Below are positions 26,712 through 36,491 of a stretch of 64,000 nucleotides of DNA, piece after piece. The notes beneath the pieces are model-generated. The model was not told the origin of the DNA and searched no databases. It saw only the letters and a program-made list of their open reading frames with translations. This DNA comes from Myxococcota bacterium (lineage in GTDB: Bacteria; Myxococcota_A; UBA9160; SZUA-336), in NCBI GenBank assembly GCA_965247115.1, contig CBDFGR010000003.1, positions 832,001 through 896,000 on the forward strand, in the 5' to 3' direction. The translations under genes were made by a program, and so were the position numbers. Position 1 is the first letter of the stretch. Every line of letters starts with the position of its first letter.

Positions 26712-28310
26712 TCAGCTATCGGCTGCGGCCTGAGCCGGGAGCGGCTCGGCTGAAGGCTGTCCATCCGCCGCGGAGTCGCGCTCGGCGCGCCTGAAGAGCC
26801 TACCGAACAGCAGCATGCCGAGCGGGGTCAGAACCGCCATCACGCCGATCCAGACCCACACCATGTAGTGGTCCGGGTAGCTCGAGTGGCCTTCGGGCAT
26901 ATAGGTCGCGAGCAGGAGGCCCGACATTGGGCCCACAAAGATCTGGGCGACGAAGAACGGCATGTACGAGAGCGCGATGTACGAGCCCTCTCTGCCTGGC
27001 GGCGCGAGCTCGGCCGTGAACTGCAGCACCCGTGCGCCCCAGAACGCCTCCCCCACACTGTAGACCGAGATGAAGATCACCAGGACGAGGTAGAACGGGT
27101 CCCACTGCCCCTCGGGCACATCGAGCCAGCGACTGTAGACCAGCTCACCGAACCCGGTGTTGACCAGCGGTGCGAAGAGCTCCGGTGGCAAGGTGGCTAT
27201 CCCTAGCGAGAGCACCGAGATGCCGCTGCCCCAAATCAGCATCCTGTAGCTGCTCACCCTCGCGGTCATGACTGCGAAGAGCGGGGTCAGAAAGACGATC
27301 ATCAGCGGGTTGAGCACCGCGTACAGGTTCCCGACCTTCGCTCCCTCGCCAAACAGACGGATGCCGTAAGTCGGGAATGTGAAGATGAAGTGGTAGTGAA
27401 TCAGGCGCACGAAGACGAGGATCCCGAGCAGCGAGAGGAAGATCCAGAAGCGCCTTTCCCGGACGACGCTGCGCAGAATGGCGATCGTATCTCGCAGGGC
27501 AGAGGTCATCTGCGTCCCGATCGCAGCAACGGAGCTCCGCGCCCGCGAAGGCCCCTCTGCGTCGAACCGGATGCCGCCTTCGGTCATCTCGACGTTGGCC
27601 CGCATGAGCGAGACGGCGATCAGGTTGGGCACCGTGAAGGCGAAGCCAACTGCGAAGATCAACTGATAGACGGACACCTCGCCTACCAGCGGAAGGGTCG
27701 TCGCCACGGAGAAGTCGCCGTACGTGCCGCGAACGAAGTCGAAGATCCAGCCACCAATAGCCCACCCGAGATTGATCATGGTGTACAAGAGGCCGAATGC
27801 CAGCGTGGCGCCAGCGGCTGTCGTGTAGCGCTTGACGCCGACCAGGAGTACAGGTCCCGTGATGGCGATCCCGAAGGCCAGCGGAATGAACCCCAGTACC
27901 GTCACGAGCGCGAGGTCGTTCAGGAGGGGAAGAAAGAAGCGAGCGAACAGCAGCGCGAAACAGCCGATCAGAAGCGTCCTCTTGATCCCGATCGCGTCGC
28001 AGACCGCGCCCACCAGCAACGTGACACCGGCCACCGCGACCGACCACGTGCCGATATAGGAGCCCGCTGCTACGTCGCTTAGCCCCACGTCATGGTGCAG
28101 GTAGAGGACGAACGCCAGCAGGGCCGCGGCATAGGCGGAGAACTCCACGATCTTGGTGAACAGGATCAGGTAGAGCTCGCGAGGACATGCCCAGAGCCCC
28201 TTCGCGTAGCCCAAGATGATGAAGAGGAAGGCCGCGCCCAGGAACAACATGGACGCGACAATGAACAGGTCGAGGCCGTTCGCATCGCCCATCCAGAGCT
28301 GCTGCCACAT
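26712..28310 (-). CDS. MFS transporter (POT/peptide-transporter-like)
   Basis: Many TM helices, GAVCDAIGIKRTL, YTMINLG, SVGEAFW, APPGREGSY. Confidence 0.85.
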   Translation of the reverse strand: MWQQLWMGDANGLDLFIVASMLFLGAAFLFIILGYAKGLWACPRELYLILFTKIVEFSAYAAALLAFVLYLHHDVGLSDVAAGSYIGTWSVAVAGVTLLVGAVCDAIGIKRTLLIGCFALLFARFFLPLLNDLALVTVLGFIPLAFGIAITGPVLLVGVKRYTTAAGATLAFGLLYTMINLGWAIGGWIFDFVRGTYGDFSVATTLPLVGEVSVYQLIFAVGFAFTVPNLIAVSLMRANVEMTEGGIRFDAEGPSRARSSVAAIGTQMTSALRDTIAILRSVVRERRFWIFLSLLGILVFVRLIHYHFIFTFPTYGIRLFGEGAKVGNLYAVLNPLMIVFLTPLFAVMTARVSSYRMLIWGSGISVLSLGIATLPPELFAPLVNTGFGELVYSRWLDVPEGQWDPFYLVLVIFISVYSVGEAFWGARVLQFTAELAPPGREGSYIALSYMPFFVAQIFVGPMSGLLLATYMPEGHSSYPDHYMVWVWIGVMAVLTPLGMLLFGRLFRRAERDSAADGQPSAEPLPAQAAADS

Positions 28311-28549
28311 CTTCGCGTCTCCCGACCACCCGTGGCCGCGCGCCCGAAGACCCTCGAAGGCGCCAGGCCATCATACAGCGGTCGGGGCTCCCCCCAGATC
28401 CTGCCTGGAGCTTGACTCTACATCTCGGTATCGGCGTCACGCTGACTGAGATCCGAGAGCTCACCGCCGTGCCGATTCGACAGGAATCGCCCGCCGAGGG
28501 TACGCTCGCCGAACCAGGCACCTCTCGCGTTCAACTTGCAGGAGATCTC

Positions 28550-29710
28550 GTGATAGCGAACGACCCCCTCGCCGCCGCCGTAGGCCTGCGCGACCTCATC
28601 ATCAAGAACCGCGGCGAGACGGAAGCCGGGCGTCAGCTGGCGGAGCCGATCGTCGAGGCCTTGATCGAGACCAGACTCTGCCGGATGGCGCTGACACAGG
28701 AAGATGGCGGGCTGGAGACCGCTCCGCTCGATGCACTTGCCGTCTACGAGACCTTAGCTGCGGCCGAGGCATCAGTGGCGTGGGTTGCGTGGAACAACTC
28801 CCTCGTCTGCTGGTTCGCCCGCTTCTTGTCGCCAGACGTCCGCAAGGATATCTACGGCGACCCGCGCTGCCTGCATGCAAACTCGACGCGACCATCCGGC
28901 AGGGCGGTTGCAGACGGTACGAGCTACCGGATCACGGGTCGCTGGAGCGTCGTTTCGGGCTGCATGCACGCGCAGTGGATTCCGGTCATGTGCCTGGTCG
29001 AGGAAGGCGGCGAGGTGCAGATGTTGACGCGCGGCGTCCCGAACATGCGTATGTTCTTCGTTCCCCGCGCGAACCACCGGATCCTCGATACCTGGCATGT
29101 GGGCGGTCTGCGTGGCACGGGGAGCCACGACACCGTCCTCGAGGATGAGGTCGTGCCCCTCGAGCGATCGGTCTCATTCGCCGACGCCAGTCTGATCGAT
29201 TCCCCCCTGGGCCGCGTCCCGGTAGGCGTGACGATGGCCGCGGGGTGCGCGTCGATATGCCTCGGAATCGCGCAGGCGACCACGGATGCCCTGGTCGAGC
29301 TCGGGCGAACCAAGGTCTCGCCCGATCCCGGCCCGGATCTACGAGACCGGGGGGCGAACCAGTCCACGGTTGCGAGAACAGCTACGACCCTCGATGCCAT
29401 GCGCACGAATCTACGCGCAGCGTACGGCGACTTGTGGCGTAAGGTGGAAGCGGGCGAATCGCCCACGCCCGAGGATATCGCCCGCGTCTGGGCTGCGGCC
29501 ATCACGACCGCGCTCGAGTGCCGCTCCGCTGTCACGGCGTTGTACGCGGCCGCCGGAACGTCGTCGCTCTACGTCGACAATCCGATCGAGCGTGCGCACC
29601 GCGATATCCACGCCGTCATGCAGCATGTAATTCTGCAACCGTTCTGGCTCGAGGAGGCAGGGCGCGTGAAGCTGGGGCTGGAGCCGACGAACCCGCTCTT
29701 TCTCATCTAG
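28550..29710 (+). CDS. Acyl-CoA-dehydrogenase-fold flavin monooxygenase (HsaA/indole oxygenase-like)
   Basis: ASVAW, ITGRWSVVSGC, DTWHVGGLRGTGSHD, IERAHRDIH. GGAG RBS before GTG 28550. Confidence 0.9.
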   Translation: MIANDPLAAAVGLRDLIIKNRGETEAGRQLAEPIVEALIETRLCRMALTQEDGGLETAPLDALAVYETLAAAEASVAWVAWNNSLVCWFARFLSPDVRKDIYGDPRCLHANSTRPSGRAVADGTSYRITGRWSVVSGCMHAQWIPVMCLVEEGGEVQMLTRGVPNMRMFFVPRANHRILDTWHVGGLRGTGSHDTVLEDEVVPLERSVSFADASLIDSPLGRVPVGVTMAAGCASICLGIAQATTDALVELGRTKVSPDPGPDLRDRGANQSTVARTATTLDAMRTNLRAAYGDLWRKVEAGESPTPEDIARVWAAAITTALECRSAVTALYAAAGTSSLYVDNPIERAHRDIHAVMQHVILQPFWLEEAGRVKLGLEPTNPLFLI

Positions 29711-29763
29711 CTCGCGAGTGCGACTCCGCCGCGGGCTCGCATGGGCCTTTGCCGCCAATGGTC

Positions 29764-31623
29764 TCAGGCAGCTTGCCTGAGCTGCCAGCCGCGTTCCGAC
29801 AGCTCGCGCAAGGCTTCGTCGTGTTCGGGAACGTAGACGGCGACGGAGGCGACGTCGCCGACTCGTGGCACTGTGTCGCCGGACATCGGCGTCACCTGAT
29901 CGGCGCGTCGGAGCGCCAGCATCACAAAGCGCTCGCTCAGAGCCTGCGCCTCGGCGCTCTGCTCATCGCCAGCGGCGTCCTCGGTCCCGCCGAGCTCGAG
30001 GTGCTCGATCACGACGTCGCCGTGGCGAAGGCGCACGTCCCAACGCTCCAGATCGTGCGGGCTCTCGAAGAGCATCGCCGCCTCCTGGCTGCGCGCGATC
30101 TCGGGCGTGATGCCCGAGGCGGAGCTAGTCAGTGCGATGCGCGCGTCGGGTACGGAGTAGAGATCGCGCGCACGGGAGACGAAGAGACCATTCAGGGTCT
30201 CGTTGGTCGTGAGGCCGACGGCCGTCCCGACGTCACCGAAACGCGCTCGGGCGAGAGTGCGCTCTTCCAGCGCGTTTCCGAAGACGACTGGGAAACCCGC
30301 CTCCTCGGCGCGACGGCAGTTGTGTGGGTTGGAGTCCACGAACACGACGGGGACCCCACCGTCGCGCAGCTCGACCGCAAGGGCGAGCCCGAGACCCTGC
30401 GCTCCCAAGATCGCGACCGTATCGCGGCCCGGCAGGCAGACGTCCAGCGCGCGGGCCACGGGGCCCGCGCTAAGTCCAGCGAGAAGGACCGTCCCCAATA
30501 TGGTCAGAAACACGAGCGCGCGCAGCTCCACGCCACCGGACAGTCCGCCCGCCTCGAGGCCGGCCGCGGTCAGCGAGGCGAGTGCCGCGGCGACAATCCC
30601 GCGCGGAGCCAGCCACGCCACGAAAAGCCGCTCGCGCGGGCTCAGCTGGGATCCCCAGGTAGAGACCCATACATTGAGCGGGCGAACGACGAGGATCAGC
30701 GCGCCCACGACGGCCAACCCGGCCCAGCCGAGAGCAGCCACGTCGGCGAAGCGAACATCTGCTGCGAGCAAGATGAAGAGCAGCCCGATCAGGAGCAACG
30801 AGACCTGATCCTTGAACTCGCGCAGGTCTCGATCGACACGTGTTCGAACATTTCCCACGACGACCCCCGCTACCGCAACAGCGAGGATTCCGCTCTGGCC
30901 CACGATCTCGTTGCAGCCCTGAAAGAGCCCCAGAACCGCAGCGAGGGTGAAGATGTTCTCGGACCCTTCGGGGACGATGCGCGGCGCACGAAGCAGCCAG
31001 GCCAGTAGCAGACCCCCAACGAGACCCATGGCAATGCCGGCGCCGAGCCGCAGCAGCAGCCCGAGACCACCACTGGCCAGCGTACCCTGCCCCGGCGCCA
31101 GAATGATCTCGAGCATCAGCACCGCGAGAATCGCGCCGATCGGATCGATGAGCACGCCTTCGGCCTCGAGCACCGTGGCCACTCGGGGACGCAGCCGAAG
31201 CTCCGATACCAGGGGCCCGATGACGGTCGGGCCGGTCACGACAACGAGGCTCCCGAAGAGCAAGCACTGAAGCCAGGGCCAACCCAGCAGTGCGCGAGCA
31301 CACGCCGCCCCGCCGACCATGGTGATGACTGCGCCGACGGTGACGAGGCGCCGGATCGGCAGTTGCCCGCGGCGCAGTCGCGAGATCTCGAGGTTGAGTC
31401 CCCCCTCGAAGACGATGATGGCAACGGCCAGCTCGACGATTGCGAAGAGCCCCCTGCCCAGGTCGCGTGGGCGCACCCAGCCGAGTCCGTCCGGTCCGAG
31501 TGCCGCACCGATCGCGAGGAGCACGACGATCGCAGAGATGCGTGTGTGACGCGCCACCAGCTGCGCCAGAACTCCAGCGGCCAGGGCGAGGACGAGCGTG
31601 GTCGTCGGGTGCGCGGCGTCCAT
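29764..31623 (-). CDS. Cation:proton antiporter (NhaP/CPA1) with TrkA-N domain
   Basis: FEGGL, VTGPTVI, LEAEGVLIDPIG, APRGIVAA, C-terminal ILGA...VDSN...GNAL RCK domain. Confidence 0.93.
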   Translation of the reverse strand: MDAAHPTTTLVLALAAGVLAQLVARHTRISAIVVLLAIGAALGPDGLGWVRPRDLGRGLFAIVELAVAIIVFEGGLNLEISRLRRGQLPIRRLVTVGAVITMVGGAACARALLGWPWLQCLLFGSLVVVTGPTVIGPLVSELRLRPRVATVLEAEGVLIDPIGAILAVLMLEIILAPGQGTLASGGLGLLLRLGAGIAMGLVGGLLLAWLLRAPRIVPEGSENIFTLAAVLGLFQGCNEIVGQSGILAVAVAGVVVGNVRTRVDRDLREFKDQVSLLLIGLLFILLAADVRFADVAALGWAGLAVVGALILVVRPLNVWVSTWGSQLSPRERLFVAWLAPRGIVAAALASLTAAGLEAGGLSGGVELRALVFLTILGTVLLAGLSAGPVARALDVCLPGRDTVAILGAQGLGLALAVELRDGGVPVVFVDSNPHNCRRAEEAGFPVVFGNALEERTLARARFGDVGTAVGLTTNETLNGLFVSRARDLYSVPDARIALTSSASGITPEIARSQEAAMLFESPHDLERWDVRLRHGDVVIEHLELGGTEDAAGDEQSAEAQALSERFVMLALRRADQVTPMSGDTVPRVGDVASVAVYVPEHDEALRELSERGWQLRQAA

Positions 31624-31769
31624 CGCGAGAACATAGCCCTCGGAGCTTGCGGAGCCCTGCTTTCAGGAGCCATCGCGGTCAGAGCGGTGGTAGAGTCCCC
31701 GACGCATGTCGGACGACGCGCGTCGCCGCTGCCTACGATGGGGCCTCGGGCTTGACAGGGAGCGGATCG

Positions 31770-32936
31770 GTGGAGACTGAGCAGCCTCGGAATACGGCGC
31801 TCGAGATTGCGCGCCAGCTGACACCTCGAATCCGGGAAGCGCAAGATCGGATCGATGAAGAGCGAGAGCTCCCCGAAGCCCTGGCCGACGAGCTCAAGCA
31901 GGCTGGCTTGTTCCGGCTCCTCGTGCCTCGATCACTCGGCGGTAGTGAGCTGGCCTATCCGAGCTATCTCGATGTCATCGAGGAGATCTCCGCGGCAGAC
32001 GGAAGCGCGGGATGGTGCGTGAACCAGGCGGCCGTATTCGCCACCCGATCCGCCTTCATGGCCAGGGATGCAGCGCGAGCGATCTGGGGCAACGAGCGCG
32101 GCGTCGTCGCAAACGGCCCCCCGCCAGGCGGCGAAGCTGCGGAGGTCGAAGGAGGCTACCGACTGAGCGGTCGCTGGACCTTCAGCAGTGGCTGCCGACA
32201 CGCGACCTGGCTGGCAGGCATTGCGGCGGTAAAGGAAAACGGGGAACGGCGACAGCTGGCGGACGGCAAACCAGACATACGCTTCATGCTCTTTCCGAAG
32301 AGCAAAGCCGAGATCATCGACACATGGGACGTGCGCGGACTTCGCGGCACTGGCAGCCACCACTTCACCGTCGACGGTGTCTTCGTTCCAAGAGCGCGGG
32401 CCCCCTCGATCTGGGAGGCATCCGTAGAGCCGGGCATCCTGTACGTGATTCCGATGAACCTGCTCTTCGCGTGCGGCTTTGCTGCGGTGGCGCTCGGCGT
32501 AGCCCGCAGTGCGCTCGACGCCACGCTCGAGATCTGCGGAACGAAGAATCCACGCGGCGCGCGGCAGCTCTTGCGCGATCAGGACACCGTGCAGAGGCAG
32601 GTGGGCCAGGCCGAGACGATCTGGCACTGTGCAAGAGCCTTTCTGCACGAGAGCGTGAGAGAAGTTTGGGATTCGGTGTCCAGCTCAGGCACCATCAGCG
32701 TGAGGGAGCGCATTCGCATGCGCATGGCGGGTACGCATACGATCCGCCTGGCTGCACAAGCCGTGGATCTAGCGTACGAGGTCGCCGGGTCGGACGCCAT
32801 CTTCCTGAGCAGCCCGGTGCAGCGACGCTTTCAGGACATCCACGTGATCATCCAGCACGTGCAGGCACGAAGCGCCCACTACGGCTCGATCGGCCGCTTC
32901 TTACTCGGCCTCGATCCCGATCCGATGTCAATCTGA
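31770..32936 (+). CDS. Acyl-CoA-dehydrogenase-fold flavin monooxygenase (HsaA-like)
   Basis: VPRSLGG, DGSAGW, LSGRWTFSSGC, DTWDVRGLRGTGSH, QRRFQDIH. Start moved to GTG 31770. Confidence 0.9.
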   Translation: METEQPRNTALEIARQLTPRIREAQDRIDEERELPEALADELKQAGLFRLLVPRSLGGSELAYPSYLDVIEEISAADGSAGWCVNQAAVFATRSAFMARDAARAIWGNERGVVANGPPPGGEAAEVEGGYRLSGRWTFSSGCRHATWLAGIAAVKENGERRQLADGKPDIRFMLFPKSKAEIIDTWDVRGLRGTGSHHFTVDGVFVPRARAPSIWEASVEPGILYVIPMNLLFACGFAAVALGVARSALDATLEICGTKNPRGARQLLRDQDTVQRQVGQAETIWHCARAFLHESVREVWDSVSSSGTISVRERIRMRMAGTHTIRLAAQAVDLAYEVAGSDAIFLSSPVQRRFQDIHVIIQHVQARSAHYGSIGRFLLGLDPDPMSI

Positions 32937-33251
32937 GGCAGCGGCCCCCACCTTGGCCGGACCCTTGAGCCGGCCCAGGAAGTCGCCCAAGGGTGCGGCC
33001 GCCAGGGAGGTGATGTTCACCGTTCCCCGCGCCCCCAGGGCGAGCGAGAGCTGCGCCACGGTCTCGTTATCTGGAGCCTCGATCACCGTCACGAAGTCGT
33101 ATTGCCCCAGGACGGCGAACTGCTTCAGGATCTTGCAACCGAAGTAGCTGATCTCCTCGTTCACTTCGTCCAGCCGGTCGGGGCTCTCCCGAAGCGTCTG
33201 CCGCCCTTCTGGCGTCAGCTGGCTGAGCAGCACGAAGGTGGGGACGTACAT
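32928..33251 (-). CDS. GYD domain protein (paralog 2)
   Basis: LSQLTPEG, AVLGQYDFVTVIEAPDNE, ARGTV. Confidence 0.9.
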   Translation of the reverse strand: MYVPTFVLLSQLTPEGRQTLRESPDRLDEVNEEISYFGCKILKQFAVLGQYDFVTVIEAPDNETVAQLSLALGARGTVNITSLAAAPLGDFLGRLKGPAKVGAAASD

Positions 33252-33254
33252 CGC

Positions 33255-33563
33255 TCAGGAGCCTCCGACCTGCGAGGACGACTTGAGCTTCTCGCGAAGT
33301 GCCTCCGTGGTGATGGCGGGGAGTGTGAGGATGTTGATGGTCCCCCTTGCTCCCAGATCGACGGAGAGCTGCGCTGCGGTTTCGTTGTCTTCCGCCTCCA
33401 CGATGGTCAGGAAGTCATACGGACCCAGGACCGCGTACTGCGCGACGATCTTGCAGCCGAAGTCGCTGATCTCCTGGTTCACCTCTTGAAGGCGGTCGGG
33501 ACGATTGTAGAGGGTCTTCTGGCCCTCAGGAGTCAGACTGCTGAGAAGGATGTAGGTCGGCAT
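33255..33563 (-). CDS. GYD domain protein (paralog 1)
   Basis: MPTYILLSSLTPEG, AVLGPYDFLTIVEAEDNE, ARGTI. GAGGGG RBS before ATG 33563. Confidence 0.9.
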   Translation of the reverse strand: MPTYILLSSLTPEGQKTLYNRPDRLQEVNQEISDFGCKIVAQYAVLGPYDFLTIVEAEDNETAAQLSVDLGARGTINILTLPAITTEALREKLKSSSQVGGS

Positions 33564-33615
33564 CGCTCGTTCCCCTCGTCGGTTGGAGACAATTCTAGGC
33601 CGGGCGAGGAAACGC

Positions 33616-34323
33616 TTACCACTCTTCTCCGAACGGGCGGAGGTCCACCTCGAAGGACCACGCCGAGCGATCCTGCTCCGACAGTTGATAGACCGTCTCG
33701 GCAAGAGCCGCCGGACGGGCATAGAACTCGTCGGGTCGGTCCGGGGAGCGCTCTCGCGTCCAGGGCAGATCGATCACAGCGTCGATCACCACGTACGCAA
33801 CGTGGACGCCCTTCGGGCCGAGGTCCCGAGCCATGGCCTCGGCAAGGATGCGCTGCGCCGCCTTGGTGGGCGCGAAGGCCGCAAAGTGGGCCTTGCCACG
33901 CCGTGCCGATGTATTTCCTGTGACGATGATCGACCCCCGACCCGCCTCGACCATTGCGGGCGCCACGTCTCGCGCCACGTAGAGGAGCCCCAGGGCGTTG
34001 ACGCGGAAGTTCCTTTCGAAGTCCTCTGGCTCGATCTCCAGAAAGCTACCGAAGGTGCCGCGGGCGGCGTTGTACACGACGACGTCGATCGGGCCGAGCT
34101 CCGAGCGCACGCGCTGCAGGGCCTCGGAGATCTGCTTTTCATCCGAGACATCGGCCGCGAAGCGCCGGCTCCCGGGAATGGTCTTCTCGAGCTCTTCCAG
34201 ACGGCTCTCGTTTCGCGCCAGCATGGCAACCTGAAAGCCCGCGGCCGCGAAGCGGCGGCAGCAGGCGGCGCCAAGCCCGGGACCGACTCCGACAACCACG
34301 CACACTTTTGCTTCCGCACTCAT
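33616..34323 (-). CDS. Short-chain dehydrogenase/reductase (atypical, FxxxK)
   Basis: VGVGPGLG, VYNA, GNTSARRG, FAPTKAAQR, WSFEVDLRPFGEEW. Confidence 0.93.
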   Translation of the reverse strand: MSAEAKVCVVVGVGPGLGAACCRRFAAAGFQVAMLARNESRLEELEKTIPGSRRFAADVSDEKQISEALQRVRSELGPIDVVVYNAARGTFGSFLEIEPEDFERNFRVNALGLLYVARDVAPAMVEAGRGSIIVTGNTSARRGKAHFAAFAPTKAAQRILAEAMARDLGPKGVHVAYVVIDAVIDLPWTRERSPDRPDEFYARPAALAETVYQLSEQDRSAWSFEVDLRPFGEEW

Positions 34324-34805
34324 CCCTCGCTCCTCTCCGGCCCTCGTTCGCTGGGAACGACCAGGACGGGCCGCCGCGCCTTGCGCAGCACGCCCTCGGT
34401 CACGCTCCCGACCAGGAGCTCGTAGATCGCGCCGTGGCCGTGGGAACCCATCACGATCAGGTCCACGTCCAGCTTCTCGGCCTCCTCCAGGATCTTCACA
34501 ACGGGATCACCCGGCAGCAGCAGCGCGGCCACTTGAACTCCCTCGGCCTCGATTCTGGCCCCGTGCTCCTGCAGCTCGCGGTGCTCGTCACGGAGCTGGT
34601 GCGCGATCTCGTCTCGCGAGAGCACCGTGTAGGCGGGGTCGAAGCCGAACTGCGCCCCGCCCCCGTGGGCCACGTACGTGTGGGGGACCTTTGCAACGTG
34701 GACCAGGTAGAGCCTTGCCTTGAACTCGCTGGCGAGCTCACTTGCAACGTCCAGCATGATCGCCGTCACATCCGAGAGATCGATGGCAACCAGGATGCGC
34801 TTCAT
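34320..34805 (-). CDS. Universal stress protein
   Basis: MKRILVAIDLS, DLIVMGSHGHG, VGSVTEGVLR, PVLVVP. Confidence 0.95.
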   Translation of the reverse strand: MKRILVAIDLSDVTAIMLDVASELASEFKARLYLVHVAKVPHTYVAHGGGAQFGFDPAYTVLSRDEIAHQLRDEHRELQEHGARIEAEGVQVAALLLPGDPVVKILEEAEKLDVDLIVMGSHGHGAIYELLVGSVTEGVLRKARRPVLVVPSERGPERSEG

Positions 34806-34859
34806 GCGTCCAGTATGGCAGAGCCCGTCGCGAAGGCGACAGCAAAACCGAACAGGGGC

Positions 34860-36491
34860 TCAGCGTCGCTGCAGCTCTCGCACCAGGGAGATGCTCCGGG
34901 TCTCGAGCAGGGTGGCCTGGGAGCGTTCGATCGCCGTGATCGCGTTCCGGTAGGCCTGCAGCGACTGGATCACCTGGCTCTCGGACTCGGTCAGATCTTC
35001 CTCGAATTCCAGTACCAGGAACGGTGTCGAGTCTCCGAGACGCAGCCGCTCCTCTTCGGCACGCAGCGTTTCCTGCGACGCGACACGGCGTCGCTCCGAG
35101 GCCGCTACCGAGTCGGCCGAGTTGCGCAACACGCGCGCGGCGTCGCGTACGTCGAGGATAATGTCCTGCTCGACACGCCTCATGCTGGTGAACGCGCGCC
35201 GCAGCTCGATCTTGCGCTGAGCCAGCTCCGCGCGCGCCACGTCGTTCCCGAGCGGCAGCTCGAAGCGCGCACCGATCACCCAACTGCGATTCTGGCTGGC
35301 CGAGAACCAGTCGTCGGTAACCCCAGAGCTGTGCTTCGGAAAAGGCGATACGATCGGGTCCCCCGTCAGGAAGTCTGTACGACCGGTTGACTTCCCAGCC
35401 AGTCCGCTCAGTCGGTACGAGGCGACCAGGTCGAGGCTCGGGAGCAATTGGTTCGTTGCTAGCCGGAGCTGGATCTCGGCATCTTCCACTTGTTTCCGGG
35501 CAATCTGAATCTCGGGACGCAGACGCATAGCCCGCCGGATGATCACGTCTGGTTCGACGGTGTAGTCCACGAAGGTCGGGTCGTCGACGACGAGCCGGGT
35601 GCTCTCGAACTCCTCCATCGTTGGCGCCGCGATCAGATCCAGTAGCGCGTCCTCGGCGCCCTCGGCGCGATTCAGCGCGACGATCGCCGTCACCTCGCGC
35701 TCCGCGACACCCGCCTCGGCCTGGGTGACCAGGACTTTTGACACGACGCCAACCTCATACCGGACGCGGGTCTGCTCGAGCAGATCCCGCGCGGTCTGGA
35801 GGCTCTTCTGGGCAACGCCCTCCTCGGCCCGGGCTGCCCCGAGCTCCCAGTAGGCGAACTCCACGGTACGAACCTCGTCCATCAGGTCCTCCCGGAAGTC
35901 CTCGACCGAGATGTCGAGCCCGATCTCGCTCCGCTCGACGGTGACGGAGGCGGGATTGCTGAACAGGTTCTTGAGGACCGGAATCGTGAGCTCGCTCTCC
36001 CAGTCCCCGCGCCACTCGGGCAAGAGGGCGCTAAAAGCCGATGAGGTCTCTAGCCGACGGACGTTGTAGCTGGAAGTGTAGGTCACTCCAGCGGGCACCA
36101 GCCCCGCGACACCGCCGCTGTAGAGCCACTGCTTGTCCTTGATCGAGGTACCTCCACCTAGAGCTACCTGGAAGGGATTGAAGATCGGGGTCTCGTTGTC
36201 CGCGAACTCGTGATCCAAGTAGAGCTGCGGGTCGAAGGCGCCACCGGCGCGCTCGACCTGTTGCTGGGCTAGCTCTGGCCCCGTCCGGGCGATGATCAGG
36301 TTCAGGTTGTTCTCCAGCGCCAACCGGATCGCGTCATCGCGGCTGATGCGAAGCTCCGAACCGAGCGCGGGCTGCGACATGACCGTGCCTGCCGGAGGAC
36401 CTGCAGGCGGCGGCTCCGGAGCTTCGTCCGCCCTCGCCACGCTGGACAGAAGGAAGATCGCCAACCCTATTGCGCGTACGGACTTACTCAC
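34860..36491 (-). CDS. TolC-family outer membrane efflux protein
   Basis: Signal peptide (ARA-D), AIRLALENN, RYEVG, RPEI, NQLLPSLDL, FELPLGN, RLRLGDST. Confidence 0.92.
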   Translation of the reverse strand: MSKSVRAIGLAIFLLSSVARADEAPEPPPAGPPAGTVMSQPALGSELRISRDDAIRLALENNLNLIIARTGPELAQQQVERAGGAFDPQLYLDHEFADNETPIFNPFQVALGGGTSIKDKQWLYSGGVAGLVPAGVTYTSSYNVRRLETSSAFSALLPEWRGDWESELTIPVLKNLFSNPASVTVERSEIGLDISVEDFREDLMDEVRTVEFAYWELGAARAEEGVAQKSLQTARDLLEQTRVRYEVGVVSKVLVTQAEAGVAEREVTAIVALNRAEGAEDALLDLIAAPTMEEFESTRLVVDDPTFVDYTVEPDVIIRRAMRLRPEIQIARKQVEDAEIQLRLATNQLLPSLDLVASYRLSGLAGKSTGRTDFLTGDPIVSPFPKHSSGVTDDWFSASQNRSWVIGARFELPLGNDVARAELAQRKIELRRAFTSMRRVEQDIILDVRDAARVLRNSADSVAASERRRVASQETLRAEEERLRLGDSTPFLVLEFEEDLTESESQVIQSLQAYRNAITAIERSQATLLETRSISLVRELQRR

